Source: Isurus oxyrinchus
Lineage: Eukaryota
Length of the DNA: 64,000 bases
Assembly (NCBI GenBank): GCA_026770705.1
Contig: JANJGN010000014.1
Span: 68,696,001-68,760,000, forward strand
Reading direction: 5' to 3'
The stretch's first letter is position 1. Every line of letters begins with the position of its first letter. The notes below the pieces were generated by a model that did no database searches, was not told where the DNA came from, and saw only the letters and a list, made by a program, of their open reading frames with translations. Of the stretch, positions 51,260-63,965 are shown piece after piece. The position numbers and the translations under genes are program-made.

Positions 51260-53326
51260 CTGTACCTGATGAACCTGGTACTCCAGAATCAACCAGTGTT
51301 TCAGGAGAAACTATCACACTTACTTGGTCAAGGCCAAGATCAGATGGAGGAAATGAAATTAACCACTACATTCTTGAACGGCGTGAGAAGAAGAGTATGC
51401 GTTGGGTAAAGGTTTCTAGCAAAAGACCCATTATTGAAACCAGATTCAAAGTACCTAATCTGACAGAAGGGAATGAATATGAATTCCGTGTTATGGCTGA
51501 AAATAATGCTGGAGTCGGTCCCCCCAGTGGTATTTCCAGACTTATTAAATGTAGAGAACCAGTTAACCCACCAGGTGCTCCTACAGTTGTCAGAGTCACA
51601 GACACAACAAAAACATCTGTAAGTTTGGAATGGACTCAGCCTGTCTTTGATGGTGGCATGGAAATTATTGGCTATATAATCGAAATGTGCAAGTCTAGTC
51701 TTGAAGATTGGCGTAAAGTCAACATAGAAGCATGTGTCAACACCAAATACACAGTTACTGACTTGGAACCTGGTGAGGAATATAAATTCCGTGTCTGTGC
51801 TGTTAATGGTGCAGGAAAAGGAGACAGCTGCGAAGTATCTGCTCCGGTACAAGCTACAGATAGGTTAACTTCACCAGAAATTGATATTGATGCCAGTTTC
51901 AAACAAATACACATTGTTAGAGCTGGTGGTACAATTCAGCTTCATGTTGTCTTCCAAGGCAGACCAGTTCCTGTTGCCACTTGGAAAAAAGCAGATTCTT
52001 CAATTGGACCACATGTTCACATTAATACAACAAACACAAGCAGCATATTAATAGTGGAGAACTGCAATAGGTATGATGCTGGAAAATATACTCTTACTCT
52101 GGAAAACAACAGCGGCAGCAAATCTATTACGTTCAATGTTAAGGTACAAGACACTCCTGGCCCACCAGGACCAATTACCTTCAAAGATGTTACGAGAGGT
52201 TCTATTACATTAATGTGGGATGCTCCCGTTCATGATGGAGGTTCCCGAGTTCATCATTATGTCGTGGAGAAGCGTGAAGCCAGTAGGCGTAGCTGGCAAG
52301 AAATTAGTGGAAAGTGTACTCGGCAGATTTTCAGGGCACAAGAACTTGCAGAAAGATTGCCATACTTCTTCCGTGTGATGGCAGAAAATGAATTTGGCCT
52401 TGGTGAACCATATGAAATGACAGAGCCTATAGTAGCCACTGAGGAGCCAGCACCACCTAAGAGACTAGATATTGTTGACACAGGCAGAACCTCTGCTGTC
52501 TTGGCTTGGTTGAAACCAGAGCATGATGGTGGCAGTCATATTACTGGTTATCTAGTGGAGATGAAGAAAAAGGGTTCAGATCACTGGACTGAAGATGGTC
52601 AAACCAAAAACCTTACTCTTACAGTTGATGGACTTGTTGAAAACACAGAGTATGAGTTCCGTGTCCGAGCGAAGAATGATGCTGGCTACAGTGAACCAAG
52701 GGAGGCATTTTCATCTGTTATTATTAAAGAACCACAAATTGAGCCTAAAGCAGATTTGTCTGGAATCACCAATCAAATGATCACCTGCAAAACAGGAAGT
52801 GCCTTTACTATAGATGTGCCTATTAGTGGACGTCCGGCACCTAAGGTAATGTGGAAACTTGAGGAGATGAGACTTAAGGAAACTGATAGAGTTAGTATCA
52901 AAACCACAAAAGAGAGAACCACACTAAGTGTGAAGGACACTATGAGAGGTGACTCTGGCAAATATTATTTAACACTTGAAAACACAGCAGGAGTCAAGAC
53001 ATTTTCTGTAACTGTTAATGTTATTGGTCGACCAGGCCCAGTTACTGGTCCCATAGACATCTCATCCGTTTCTGCAGAGTCATGTGTATTGTCATGGACA
53101 GAGCCTGAAGATGATGGTGGTTCTGAAATTACCAACTACATTGTAGAAAAGCGTGAGTCTGGTACTACTGCTTGGCAGCTTATCAATTCCAGTGTAAAAC
53201 GTACTCAGATTAAAGTTACTCACTTGGCAAAGTACATGGAATACAGCTTCCGAGTCTGTTCGGAGAACAGATTTGGTGTCAGCAAACCATTGGAATCAGC
53301 ACCTGTGGTTGCTGAACATCCATTTG
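51260..53326 (+). CDS. ttn: ttn exon w36 (2067 bp): Fn3-Fn3-Ig-Fn3-Fn3-Ig-Fn3 (C9/C10)
   Basis: cacag| ... |gtaagt; ORF 51397..53334. Confidence 0.95.
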
Positions 53327-53435
53327 GTAAGTGAAAAGATGCAATCTATTATTTTATATTGCATATATCTAAACATACACCTAAAGAATGAAATCTGAAA
53401 AAACTTGCTAATTGTGTTTTTTGTATATAATGTAG

Positions 53436-53738
53436 TTCCACCAAGCCCACCAACCAGGCCAGAAGTATGTTTTGTGTCTGCCAGTGCTATGTCTATTCGA
53501 TGGGAAGAACCATACCATGATGGTGGCAGCAAAGTTACAGGGTATTGGATTGAAAAGAAAGAACGTAACAGCATTCTCTGGGTGAAAGAAAACAAAATAC
53601 CATGTATTGATTGCCATTACAAAATATCTACTCTAGTAGAAGGCTTGGAATACCAATTTAGAGTTTATGCAATGAATACAGCTGGCTTGAGCAAAGCTAG
53701 TGAAGCTTCTAGACTAGTAATGGCTCAGAATCCTGTTG
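53436..53738 (+). CDS. ttn: ttn exon w37: Fn3
   Basis: tgtag| ... |gtaagt. Confidence 0.92.
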
Positions 53739-53852
53739 GTAAGTACATTCATAAGTGTAAGAAAAGAGATTATGTTTTGCAATTACACTTCTCTATATTT
53801 GCAAATAGCTGCAACTTGAAATTTAAGTTTACTTTTGTTTGTATTTATAAAG

Positions 53853-54158
53853 ATCCTCCAGGTCAACCAGAGGTAACAGATGTTGATAGGGCTTCAGTTT
53901 CAATAAAGTGGAGTGTACCAGCGTATGATGGTGGAAGTAAAATTGTTGGATACATCGTGGAACGTAAACCTTATAGTGAAACTGGAGATGGTCGCTGGCT
54001 TAAGTGCAACTACACCTCTATCTCAGACACCTTCTACACTATTACAGGACTTAGTGACTCAGAGGTCTATGAATTCCGTGTTTTAGCCAAGAATGCAGGT
54101 GGAGTAATTAGTCAACCATCTGAATCTACTGGAGCTGTCACTTGTAAAGATGAATATG
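53853..54158 (+). CDS. ttn: ttn exon w38: Fn3
   Basis: taaag| ... |gtatgc. Confidence 0.9.
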
Positions 54159-54269
54159 GTATGCTAAAATCAGAAATACATCATACACCTATTAATGGTT
54201 TGAATTTCCTTATGTAACAAAAGAAGTCTCTTTTAAAGGTTACTTATTAGGTTTTATTTGTATTTACAG

Positions 54270-54560
54270 TACCACCCAAGGCTGAACTAGATAGCAGGCT
54301 ACTTGGAGACATGATTACTATAAGAGCTGGATCAGACCTGGTACTTGATGCTTTTGTTGGTGGGAAACCTGACCCTACGGTCTATTGGTCAAAGGGAGAC
54401 AAAGAACTGGAGCTTTGTGAAAAGATCTCTCTGCAGTACACTAACAAGCGTGCTGTTGCCATTATCAAGTTCTGTGACAGAAACGACACAGGAAGATATA
54501 CACTAACTGTGAGAAATCCAAGTGGAACTAAGACTGTATCTGTAAATGTTAAAGTGCTAG
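54270..54560 (+). CDS. ttn: ttn exon w39: Ig
   Basis: tacag| ... |gtaagt. Confidence 0.93.
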
Positions 54561-54668
54561 GTAAGTTTCCTGTTAAAAAATACAATAAATACTTTTGGAA
54601 ATGTACTTCAAGTAGGAAGTTATTTTCAGGTTATCTTGTGTTTTAACTTTGTTTCAAATTCTCTTTAG

Positions 54669-54968
54669 ATTCACCTGGACCATGTGATGGTTCACTTACC
54701 ATCAGCAGATTAACAGAAGAGAAATGCACTTTGTCATGGAATATGCCTAAGGAAGATGGTGGAGCAGAGATCACACACTATATTGTAGAAAAGCGTGAGA
54801 CTAGCAGACTTAACTGGGTAATCGTTGAAGCTGAGTGCAGCACTCTTTCCACTGTTGTTACAAAACTTATAAAGAACAATGAATACATTTTTAGAGTAAG
54901 AGCCGTTAACAAGTATGGACCTGGTGTGCCACGGGAGTCTGAACCTGCAGTAGCCAGAAACTCATTCA
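54669..54968 (+). CDS. ttn: ttn exon w40: Fn3
   Basis: tttag| ... |gtgagt. Confidence 0.93.
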
Positions 54969-55082
54969 GTGAGTGCTATGTAATAAGTTTCTTTCATATT
55001 TGCAAAGTGTTATTATTCATTTTAGTAATGCAATAGCAAAAATATTACTGAAATCTAATGCACTTCAATTTGTTGTAAACAG

Positions 55083-55388
55083 TAATTCCATCACCACCTG
55101 GTGAACCAGAGGTTGTTGCGATTGGAAAAGAGCATATCATCATCCAGTGGTTGAAACCGGAAACTGATGGTGGAGCTGAAATTAGTAACTATCTTGTGGA
55201 TAAACGTGAAAAACGAAGTGTGCGCTGGACTCGAGTCAACAAAGACTTTACTATTTACGATACCAGACTCAAAGTTACAAATCTAATGGAGAGTTGTGAG
55301 TACCAGTTCCGTGTTACAGCAGTAAATGCAGCTGGTAACAGTGAGCCCAGTGAATCGTCAAGTTATATCCTATGCAAAGAACCAACAT
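55083..55388 (+). CDS. ttn: ttn exon w41: Fn3
   Basis: aacag| ... |gtaagc. Confidence 0.92.
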
Positions 55389-55482
55389 GTAAGCATTAGA
55401 TTTTTAATTAATTCTTTAAATTTCTTTTAATTGAAAATCTATACAATACTTATGAGCTTTATCTATTTAAATTAAATGACAG

Positions 55483-55788
55483 ATACACCTGCAGCATCTT
55501 CAGCGCCAAGAGTTGTGGATACAACCAAACACAGCATCAGCCTAGCATGGACAAAACCCATGTATGATGGTGGTTCCAACATTATTGGCTATGTTCTTGA
55601 AATGAAAGAGGAAGGCGTGGAACAGTGGTACAGAGCACATAGTACAGCCAACTTAAGAAATACTGAATATACAATTACAGGTCTTACAACTAACAGGAAG
55701 TACTATTTCAGAGTTGCTTCTGTCAATATTAATGGAATGAGTGAATTCAGTGAGTCATCTGCTGAAATTGAAGCAGTAGAAAGAATAG
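55483..55788 (+). CDS. ttn: ttn exon w42: Fn3 (end of C10)
   Basis: gacag| ... |gtaagt. Confidence 0.92.
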
Positions 55789-56056
55789 GTAAGTAGAATT
55801 ATACAGGCAATTAATGTGGTTTTGCAATTTTTTTACACATTTCCTGCAAGATATCTAATGTTGGAATAAAGTGTGCATATCTGTTACTGAAAATATATTA
55901 GTATTAAATTATAACTAAAAAGCAATCCAAAACTTAAACCTTATAATCCTGAGAAATATCATCAGTAACATTTTCATTATTGATAACTTCTTGAAGATTT
56001 TATCCTTTGAATAATGTTTTTCATCTCTTTTGCACTTGTGCATTTTATTTTTCTAG

Positions 56057-56338
56057 AAATGCCTGACCTTGAGCTTGCAGATGATCTCAAAAAGACTGTC
56101 ACTGTTAGAGCTGGTGGCTCACTCCGCTTAATGGTTTCAGTAGCAGGTAGACCCACTCCAATGCTAACCTGGAGTAAACCTGGTGTTGATCTTCGCCAAC
56201 GTGGTATTATTGATACAACAGATTCTTACACACTGCTAGTAGTTGACAAGGTGAATCGCTATGATGCTGGAAAATACACCATTGAAGCTGAAAATCCCTC
56301 AGGCAAAAAGTCAGCAACTGTAGTTGTCAAAGTATATG
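56057..56338 (+). CDS. ttn: ttn exon w43: Ig (start of C11)
   Basis: tctag| ... |gtatgt. Confidence 0.93.
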
Positions 56339-56445
56339 GTATGTGGAAAAACAATATTTTTAATCTTTTGTTCCTGTAATCACCTTAGACATTTTAAAGC
56401 ATTAAAACAAATGGTTAGAAACTAAAATATCTGCTTTATTCTCAG

Positions 56446-57039
56446 ATACGCCTGGCCCACCTAGTGCTGTTAATGTGAAGGACGTATCAAAGGATTCTGT
56501 GGTTATCACATGGGATGTTCCAACAATTGATGGTGGAGCTCCGGTCAACAATTACATAATCGAGAGACGTGAAGCTGCTATGAGAGCATTCAAGACAGTG
56601 ACTGTTAAATGCAGCAAGACAATTTATAGAATTTGTGGACTTACTGAGGGAACAATGTATTATTTCAGAGTTTTGCCAGAGAATATGTATGGTATAGGTG
56701 AGCCGTGTGAAACTGCTGATACAGTCCTCGTCTCAGAAGTTCCTATGGTTCCACAGAAATTGGATGTAATTGATGTCACAAAATCTACAGTCACACTAGC
56801 GTGGGAAAAACCACTACATGATGGAGGCTGCAAACTAACTGGTTATGTTATTGAAGCGTGCAAGGCTGGTACAGAAAGGTGGATGAAAGTTGCAACTGTT
56901 AAACACACAGTCTTGGAACATACTATAATCTCTCTAAATGAGTCTGAACAGTACCTGTTCAGAGTTAGAGCCCAGAATGAAAAAGGTGTCAGTGAACCAA
57001 GAGAAATTATAACTGCTATCACTGTACAAGATCAGAGAG
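56446..57039 (+). CDS. ttn: ttn exon w44: Fn3-Fn3
   Basis: ctcag| ... |gtacgt. Confidence 0.93.
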
Positions 57040-57067
57040 GTACGTGTAGTTTCAAAATGAATTTTGA

Positions 57068-57470
57068 TTTTTTAAAAATTTATTCTTTCATGGGATGTGG
57101 CATCACTGGCAAGGCCAGCGTTTATTGCCCATCCCTAATTGCCTTTGAACTGAGTGGCTTGTGAGGTCACTTCAAAGGACCGTTAAAAGTCAACCATATT
57201 GCTGTGGGTCTGGACTCATTTGTACACCATTCCAGGTAAGGATGGCAGATTTCTTTCCCTAAAGGACATTAGTGAACCAGATTACAATAATCAATGATAG
57301 TTTCATGGTCAGTATCACTGAGACCAGCTTTCAATTCCAGATATATTAATTGAATTCAAAAACTTTCATCAGCTATCACAATAGGATTTGAACCCCTGTC
57401 CCCAGAGAATTAGCCTGGGCCTCTGGATTACTACTAGTCCAGTGACATTACCACTGCACTATCATCTCTC
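57068..57470 (-). mobile_element. tRNA-derived SINE with LINE-derived 3' tail
   Basis: Minus strand A-box-like TAGTGCAGTGG and B-box GGTTCAAATCC; 3' tail nearly identical to the LINE tail at 18675-18745. Confidence 0.85.
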
Positions 57471-57585
57471 CTTTATATAGTAGTTAAAAATAACTGATGT
57501 GCACTTAAACTAATATGCAATGATATATAATGAATGGAACAATGGTTTTACTAAAAAATGTTTTATTCTATTTCTTTTCTAACAG

Positions 57586-57873
57586 TGATACCAAAGATTG
57601 ATTTGGCAGGCATACCTCAAAAGACTGTCACTGTACATGCTGGCAGACCAATTGAACTATCTATTCCAATTAGTGGCCGTCCACCTCCTGCTATTTCATG
57701 GTATTTTGAGGGAACAAAACTAAAAGAAAGCGATCGAACCAAAATGGAAAGAATTGCCAAGGTAGCTCAGCTTACCGTACGTGAAACCACCATAGATGAC
57801 ACTGGAGACTACGTGCTTGAGCTAAAAAATGTTGCTGGATCTGCTACTGAATCCATTAAAGTGATCATTCTTG
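57586..57873 (+). CDS. ttn: ttn exon w45: Ig
   Basis: aacag| ... |gtaagt. Confidence 0.93.
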
Positions 57874-58046
57874 GTAAGTCTTTCACACAAACCATAACGG
57901 AAATACATCTATACCAGTGTACTATCCATGGTGCAATAATCATTTTTCAAGTCTTAGATAATCATCACTTATACAAATGTACTATTATTGTCTGTGGTGC
58001 TATGATCATTTTTCAAGTGTTAGGTATTGTATTAATTTATTTTCAG

Positions 58047-58346
58047 ATAAACCAGGACCACCTGCAGGCTTGATTCGAATTGATGAAATTGATGCCACCA
58101 CTGTCACCATCAGTTGGGAGCCCCCAGAGAAAGAGGGTGGTGCTGCAATCAGTGGTTATGTGGTGGAGCAACGTGATGCTCATCGCCCAGGCTGGCTTCC
58201 AGTGTCTGAATCTGTTACTAGGAATACATTCAAGTTTACTAGGTTAACTGAAGGCACTGAATATGTCTTCCGTGTCGCTGCCACAAACCGCTTTGGTATT
58301 GGATCATTTTTACAGTCTAGCATTGTGGAATGCAAGAGTGCCATCA
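58047..58346 (+). CDS. ttn: ttn exon w46: Fn3
   Basis: ttcag| ... |gtaagt. Confidence 0.93.
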
Positions 58347-58599
58347 GTAAGTGCGATACTAAAGTATTTTACTGGTAATTAAAAATTCATGATATTAAAT
58401 TGTAGATTGTTTTATGTAAAAACCATACTATGACTTTACAGTCTATTGATTGTGGTAATTATAATGGACTACAATTGCAGAAATGAGGATAATTCAACAG
58501 TGAATAGACTCAGTAATTAGACATGCTAACCCTCACAAATGTATCATGAGAGATGCAATTTCTATCCAAAATTAATTCTATTTTACAATCTTGCAAGAG

Positions 58600-59412
58600 G
58601 GCTCTGAAATCTCTGAAAACAGATCATCTGTTCCCTGGAGGGTTGTACCCTGGAGATACCCCAGAAGATGCGCTGGTGCAGGAGGGGCAAGGACTGCATG
58701 GGAATTGCCTGGGAAGTTTAAACTTCTGTTGGCCAACTACCCTGCACCTGGAACCATCCGATACTCCGATTTAAATTGGAGATTTTGGCTGCTTCTGACT
58801 CACTTAGCAGAACAGTTACCCAGGAAAAATTAAGTATTAAAACCACTTCCAACTCCTGAGTAACTATAATACTGACCTCCAACTCCCCACACACACAACC
58901 CGAACCCCCACTGGATGGCCCGATAACCCTCTCACCCCCCGACTGACCCCCACCACCACCACCACCCCCCCAATTACCCGTCCTACCCCCCAAACACCTC
59001 CCTGACCCCTCCAATCCTCTCAATTATCGCCCCACTCCCTTCTACTGCCCCGACAATTCCCCACCCTCCAACTACTCCACCAACTACCCAACCACCTTCA
59101 CCACCCTCTCTATTCCCGCGACTACCCCACACCTCCCCACCTTCCCACTACTCTCATCCTGGAACTCAACCCCCGACCACACAACTGACCATCCGAACAC
59201 CCCCACACACTTATCTCCTTTCCTGTCAGTGATGGGACCTTTAAACTTACCTGGTATACAGCAGCTAGTGCTGTAAAAAAGGGGCGTGTCTTCACATCCC
59301 TGACTAACTCGTTCTGCACAGAAAGGCCTTTTTTCTCACCAGGCCTGGGTCAGAAGTCTTGAGTAAGAAATATGCAGCTCCACACTTCGGCAAGTCTGTG
59401 TAAGTTCAGGGC
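58600..59412 (-). mobile_element. Family B non-autonomous element, opposite orientation, with C-rich internal tract (58870-59215)
   Basis: Reverse complement of 58690-58870 aligns by eye with 21764-21915, and 59243-59285 with 19681-19713; ends GCTCTGAAATC / GTAAGTTCAGGGC. Confidence 0.6.
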
Positions 59413-60171
59413 TGATGTTTCTGTCCCGTGTTGCATGCTGTTGCTTGTGTGGCAGCCAGGACGCAACACTGCTGAAAGGCTCATGGTGGGGACAGGAAGA
59501 TTTCATCAGTGACAAAGCCAGTCACGCGCATCTATTCTGCTCTTGAGAATCCCCCCTCTCTAGACTTTTTTCCATAATGAAATTCTTCTCAAAATTTATC
59601 TCTTCAACCAAATTTTCCATCCCAATTCCTAGCTTGCCGTTCATTTTCCTGTTACAATCTGTAAACCATCTTAAGGTTGTTTTTCTACCTTAAAGACAAA
59701 ATAGAAATTTAAGTTGTCATTTTCCACCCCAGGTTAAACCAGAAGGAAATCTTTATATAATCCACTAGCTTATTAGGAACTGAATACAATCACAGTGAGA
59801 GTTCACTAGACTTTCCACCGCGTTTCAAGCCTCCTGTGTATGTAACTTAGCCCCATTGATGAATGGTTTAAAACCTGCACAAACGCAACATCAGTATTCG
59901 TTCAGTAAGAGCCCCATGAGGTACTCTGTGGAAGGTCAAGAAGCTCCCATGTTCATCCACTGTTCTGTGCTAAGCCAATCTCAGTTGAGCCTGCACTACA
60001 TAGCTTTGGTTGTCTCCCTGTGAAAGTTAACAGAATTTTTAAACATGGGTCAAGGGTGGTAACTCTGAGCTAGAAATTATCAGGGAGAATTTCCACACTG
60101 ATCCTGCGAGTATGAAGTGTCTAAACCTTCCAGACAGCTGTAAATGCAGGTTGCATCACGTTACATCTAGT

Positions 60172-61162
60172 TGTTACAATAGAGACCGACAACTTTTAAA
60201 AAGAAATTTGAACTTCCAGTTAATAGCTGAAAGGATGACAGGACAAGATTTCATGTTTTAAGATGTTTACGAAAGACTATAAAAGCATTATTGACTAAAC
60301 ACTATATTTGTAGGAAACCTATGCTCTAAACCATAGAAAAGAATACCCCCCCCCTTCTTATTTTTAGCACAACCGATAAAACACATGTCACAGGTATACA
60401 GTATGTTACACTGTCCTTTGAATGCTCCCAGGATCAGTCCAAAATGATTCTTAGCTCCCAAAGGTTTAATTCTGTTTTTTACTTTTCTCAGCCTGCTAAC
60501 CTCGAATCCCAGAACTGTCCTACACAGTGAGAGTATTACTGGTGCAAGCTAGGCAAATCTTCTAGCTTCATTTTAACACTTCACAAGTATGGTCTTTGAG
60601 CTCAAGCTTCCACCCACATTGCAGCACGGTGAAACATAGAGAATTTCAGCCTCTGGCTGCTCTGTCTCACGGGCCCTGACAGACTAACCTGAATTTGATA
60701 CTCAGTGATATTTTAGGAAAGCCTGTAATCCAAAAAACACAGTGGCTTCCTCTGTACCCTTCCATCTCAAAGCCCAACATGGCAACCTGATTTACATGGA
60801 CTTTGTATCCAGGTAGAGATGCTGATTAGCTATCATTGTGATCCCAACTCTGTTTAATTTTGAATGTAAGTGTACAATTTAAAGGACAACTGTTTACAAC
60901 CTGACATTCTCAATTCTTTTCTGGGACGTTGCTGACTCTCAGAATACACGCTGTTAGCACACAGGTTGCTGCCTTTGTCTCCAAGTGTGAACAGCTTGCA
61001 CCTTCTTCCTAGTAAAACAATCTGGACCCCCTTTAATCTCTAACCATCAAGCCACACAGGCTTCCTATCAGGCAGACTTCAGGACAGGTCACATAACTCC
61101 CTTCATTTTACCTTTAATTAAAGACAAAACAAAACAATCTTATAAACCTCATAATTGTAAGA
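60172..61162. mobile_element. Possible solo LTR (Gypsy-like)
   Basis: About 1 kb bounded by TGTTACAAT ... ATTGTAAGA (8/9 inverted match); no clear TSD. Confidence 0.3.
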
Positions 61163-61199
61163 GTCTACAGTACAGAAATGGACCATTCAGCAGAGCTGA

Positions 61200-61406
61200 A
61201 TTTTTCCATCGTGAATTGTGATTGCGATCTGAAATGCCATTCCTGAAAGGGTGATTGAAGCAGCTGCAATAGTGAACTTTAAAATGAAATTAGATAAATA
61301 TACAAAGGAAAAAGAAAATACAGGGCTATGGGGAAAAGCAGGGGATAACTCTATCAGCACAGGCACTATAGGCTACATGGTTGTCTCCTGTGCTGTATCA
61401 TACTAT
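61200..61406 (+). mobile_element. Short CR1 3' end fragment
   Basis: ..VIEAAAIVNFKMKLDKY..; cagggctatggggaaaagcagggg..ctcctgtgctgtatcatactat, same tail type as 5864-5967. Confidence 0.75.
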
Positions 61407-61853
61407 TGTGGTGGGAGGGTGGATCCATCTTTAATATGTACAGGGATAACATTTTTTTAAGTTTTTTGGAAAGCAATTTGAGATGCAGGAATATAGGTTT
61501 TTCAAGCTATGGCTAATTATAAATTAAATAAGCCACTAATGATTTTTATAAACCAAATGACAATCTATGTTGGTTTATGTTTGAAAAGAAAGCTACTCAT
61601 GATCTCTATACCAAATCTCCTGATTTTTAAGAGATTTTCTCTTGATTTCTGAAATGGTGGGGTTGGTTACCTAAAATGCTTCTTGGCTGTTAAGAGGATT
61701 CTTTCTTGAACCAAAAGAACCAATGGAATTCTTCAAAATCATAATCATTGATACTCCATTATACTTCTAAAATTATTTTTAAAAATCAATTCCCTATGGA
61801 TCACTAAATGATATTATACAAGATAAAGCACATGCATCCTTTTTCCCCAACAG

Positions 61854-62156
61854 ATGTGCCTGCACCCCCTGGTACCCCTCATGTATTTGATGTCTCTCGT
61901 GATGGTATGACAATTACTTGGGAACCACCAATTGAAGATGGAGGTTCACCAATTAGTGGATACATCATTGAACGAAAAGAACTAAAAGCAGATCGATGGG
62001 TGAGAACCAACAAAGTAGTTGTGACCATGACAAGATATCGTTCCACTGGTCTTATAGAAGGATTAGAATATGAACATCGCGTGACAGCCGTGAATGCAAG
62101 AGGTGATAGCAAACCAAGCAGACCTTCCAAATCAGCAGTTGCCATGGACCCAATAG
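61854..62156 (+). CDS. ttn: ttn exon w47: Fn3
   Basis: aacag| ... |gtaatg; FDVSRDGMTITW..RYRSTGLIEGLEYEHRV. Confidence 0.93.
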
Positions 62157-63659
62157 GTAATGTGATACAATGTAAAAGCTTAACAAACAGATTTTCATAT
62201 TTAAAAATTATTTCCACAAATTCAATTTACTGTCTTCTGTTTTGTTAAAATATTAATAATCTACTTAATAATACTTATGGAAGATTACCAAGAATGAAAG
62301 AACACCAGTGGCACTGTTTCTACTTTTGACGTGTGTAACCATTATTTCTTAATTCTAAATATTAGTAAAATTCTAAAGCACACTTTGAGTATACTATATC
62401 AATTATGTTTTTGAATTATATTATCACAGCTATAATTTCCCAGTTATTAAAATTGGTAAAGTACATGGTTATATGTAAATTGACTTCTTAAATTAAAGTG
62501 CTTCAAATGTTTGGAATAATTAATCAAGCAAGTTAATGGAGAAAAAACCATTGAAGTGATTCAAAGTTCGTATACCACTATGTTAATGCCCTAAAGGGAT
62601 GAACTTGTACAGGTTACTTCTCACTCCTGTGACTTCCCTTATGAATAGTCACTTAAGTTGTAATAAGCATTATAGAATGCACATGCATGTCATTTGGACA
62701 AAAGGCCACCTTTACAAGTGAGTAGCACCTGCAGTATAACCGTTAAATGGAAAATACCTAGCTGTTTCCATTGATTTGAGGAAAGAAAAATGTGATTTCA
62801 TTACCAACCAGCATTTAATGAAAATTTGCACTACAAGCTAAATTATATATATCGATACTGTAATACAATTTGAACTTCTATTTATTGCACATTAACGTAT
62901 CAGTTAATAATATGCAATATAATTTAGGGCAAGATGCATACAAAATCTGAACAAATTTAAAATGAACTCTGTAAACTATATCTTCCAGTAATTACACCCT
63001 GCTTAATATTTTTCCTTTCTGTCCTTTGTTTTTTTCTGTTGACCTTCTACTTTCTTCTGAAGGCATTAGATTGGACCATCAGGCAGGGTGGAGTCAATCA
63101 AAGGAAATTGGACAGGAAGGCCTACCACCATATTTCCAACCTTACTTGTGCTGCTTTTGATTTTCCTCCACCCAGGTTGGGAAAGCAGCTGATCATCCCT
63201 TCGCTCTCCCAGGGTGGAGATATTTCCCTGCCCTTTTACACTACCGCTAACCTTAGGAATCACCAGAAATGGGCAGTAGACTCTATGATAATAATGGAAG
63301 TCACATTTGAAGAGAGAGAGGGCCAAGTAATGGGCATCTCTCTCTTTTGCCTCAGCTCTAAGAGACCTAAAATTATATTGTTCAGATTTCCTTCACAGTA
63401 TTTATGGATTCGCTGTTCTCTATAACTGGGCTCTCTCCTTTTGTAGTGCTACAGAGGATGGACTGTAACAGAAATGCTGTATTTTCCTCCATGGTACTGT
63501 CAGGCTCCCTTAATCTGTAGGAATTATAGTACAACCCCACCCTATTTAGTTAAACAGCAATGGTCCTGTAAAACTCTTTAGGGTTATGACAGGGTCAGAT
63601 GACAGAGGGAGGTACTTCTTGATCCTTCCCTGGTAGCATCCACCCTGAAGGAAAATCCT

Positions 63660-63965
63660 GGCCTGGCTAGGCTATGATTTCAGGACTAACTGGTCACTTT
63701 CCAGTGGTTTACCCAATTGGTCTTCATGTGTATGTGTGCTTTGACAATGAGTGCCATAAGCTAATTGACTGAAGAGATCTTCAACCCATCCTTAACAAGC
63801 ATTGTAGTGTAGCAATCAAGAAGGGGATTCTGGACCTATGTTTACTCCCAAGCCCAATAGTGATGAGGCTAAATGCAGCACTGCATTGCAAACTTGACTA
63901 AGCTTAAATAACTTAACAGAAACCATGGATCAAACCTCAACTTTTCTAGTTGCCTCAGTTACTCA
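63660..63965 (-). mobile_element. Possible ancient tRNA-SINE remnant
   Basis: B-box-like AGGTTTGATCC on minus strand (~63927-63937); otherwise highly decayed. Confidence 0.25.

Larger units (their letters stand above)
1..62156 (+). other. ttn: Titin gene, A-band region (partial; 47 exons, end of D-zone through C-zone repeat C11); continues beyond both window ends
   Basis: Spliced exons give a continuous array of Fn3 (PGPP..W..P..DGGS.I.GY.VE....W....Y.FRV.A.N..G) and I-set Ig (G.P.P...W.K...D.G.Y...N..G) domains in titin 7- and 11-domain super-repeat order. Confidence 0.98.

Noticed and set aside
62098-62110. RGD motif in an Fn3 domain (also MRGDSG near 52945)
   Set aside because: Titin is intracellular; chance tripeptide
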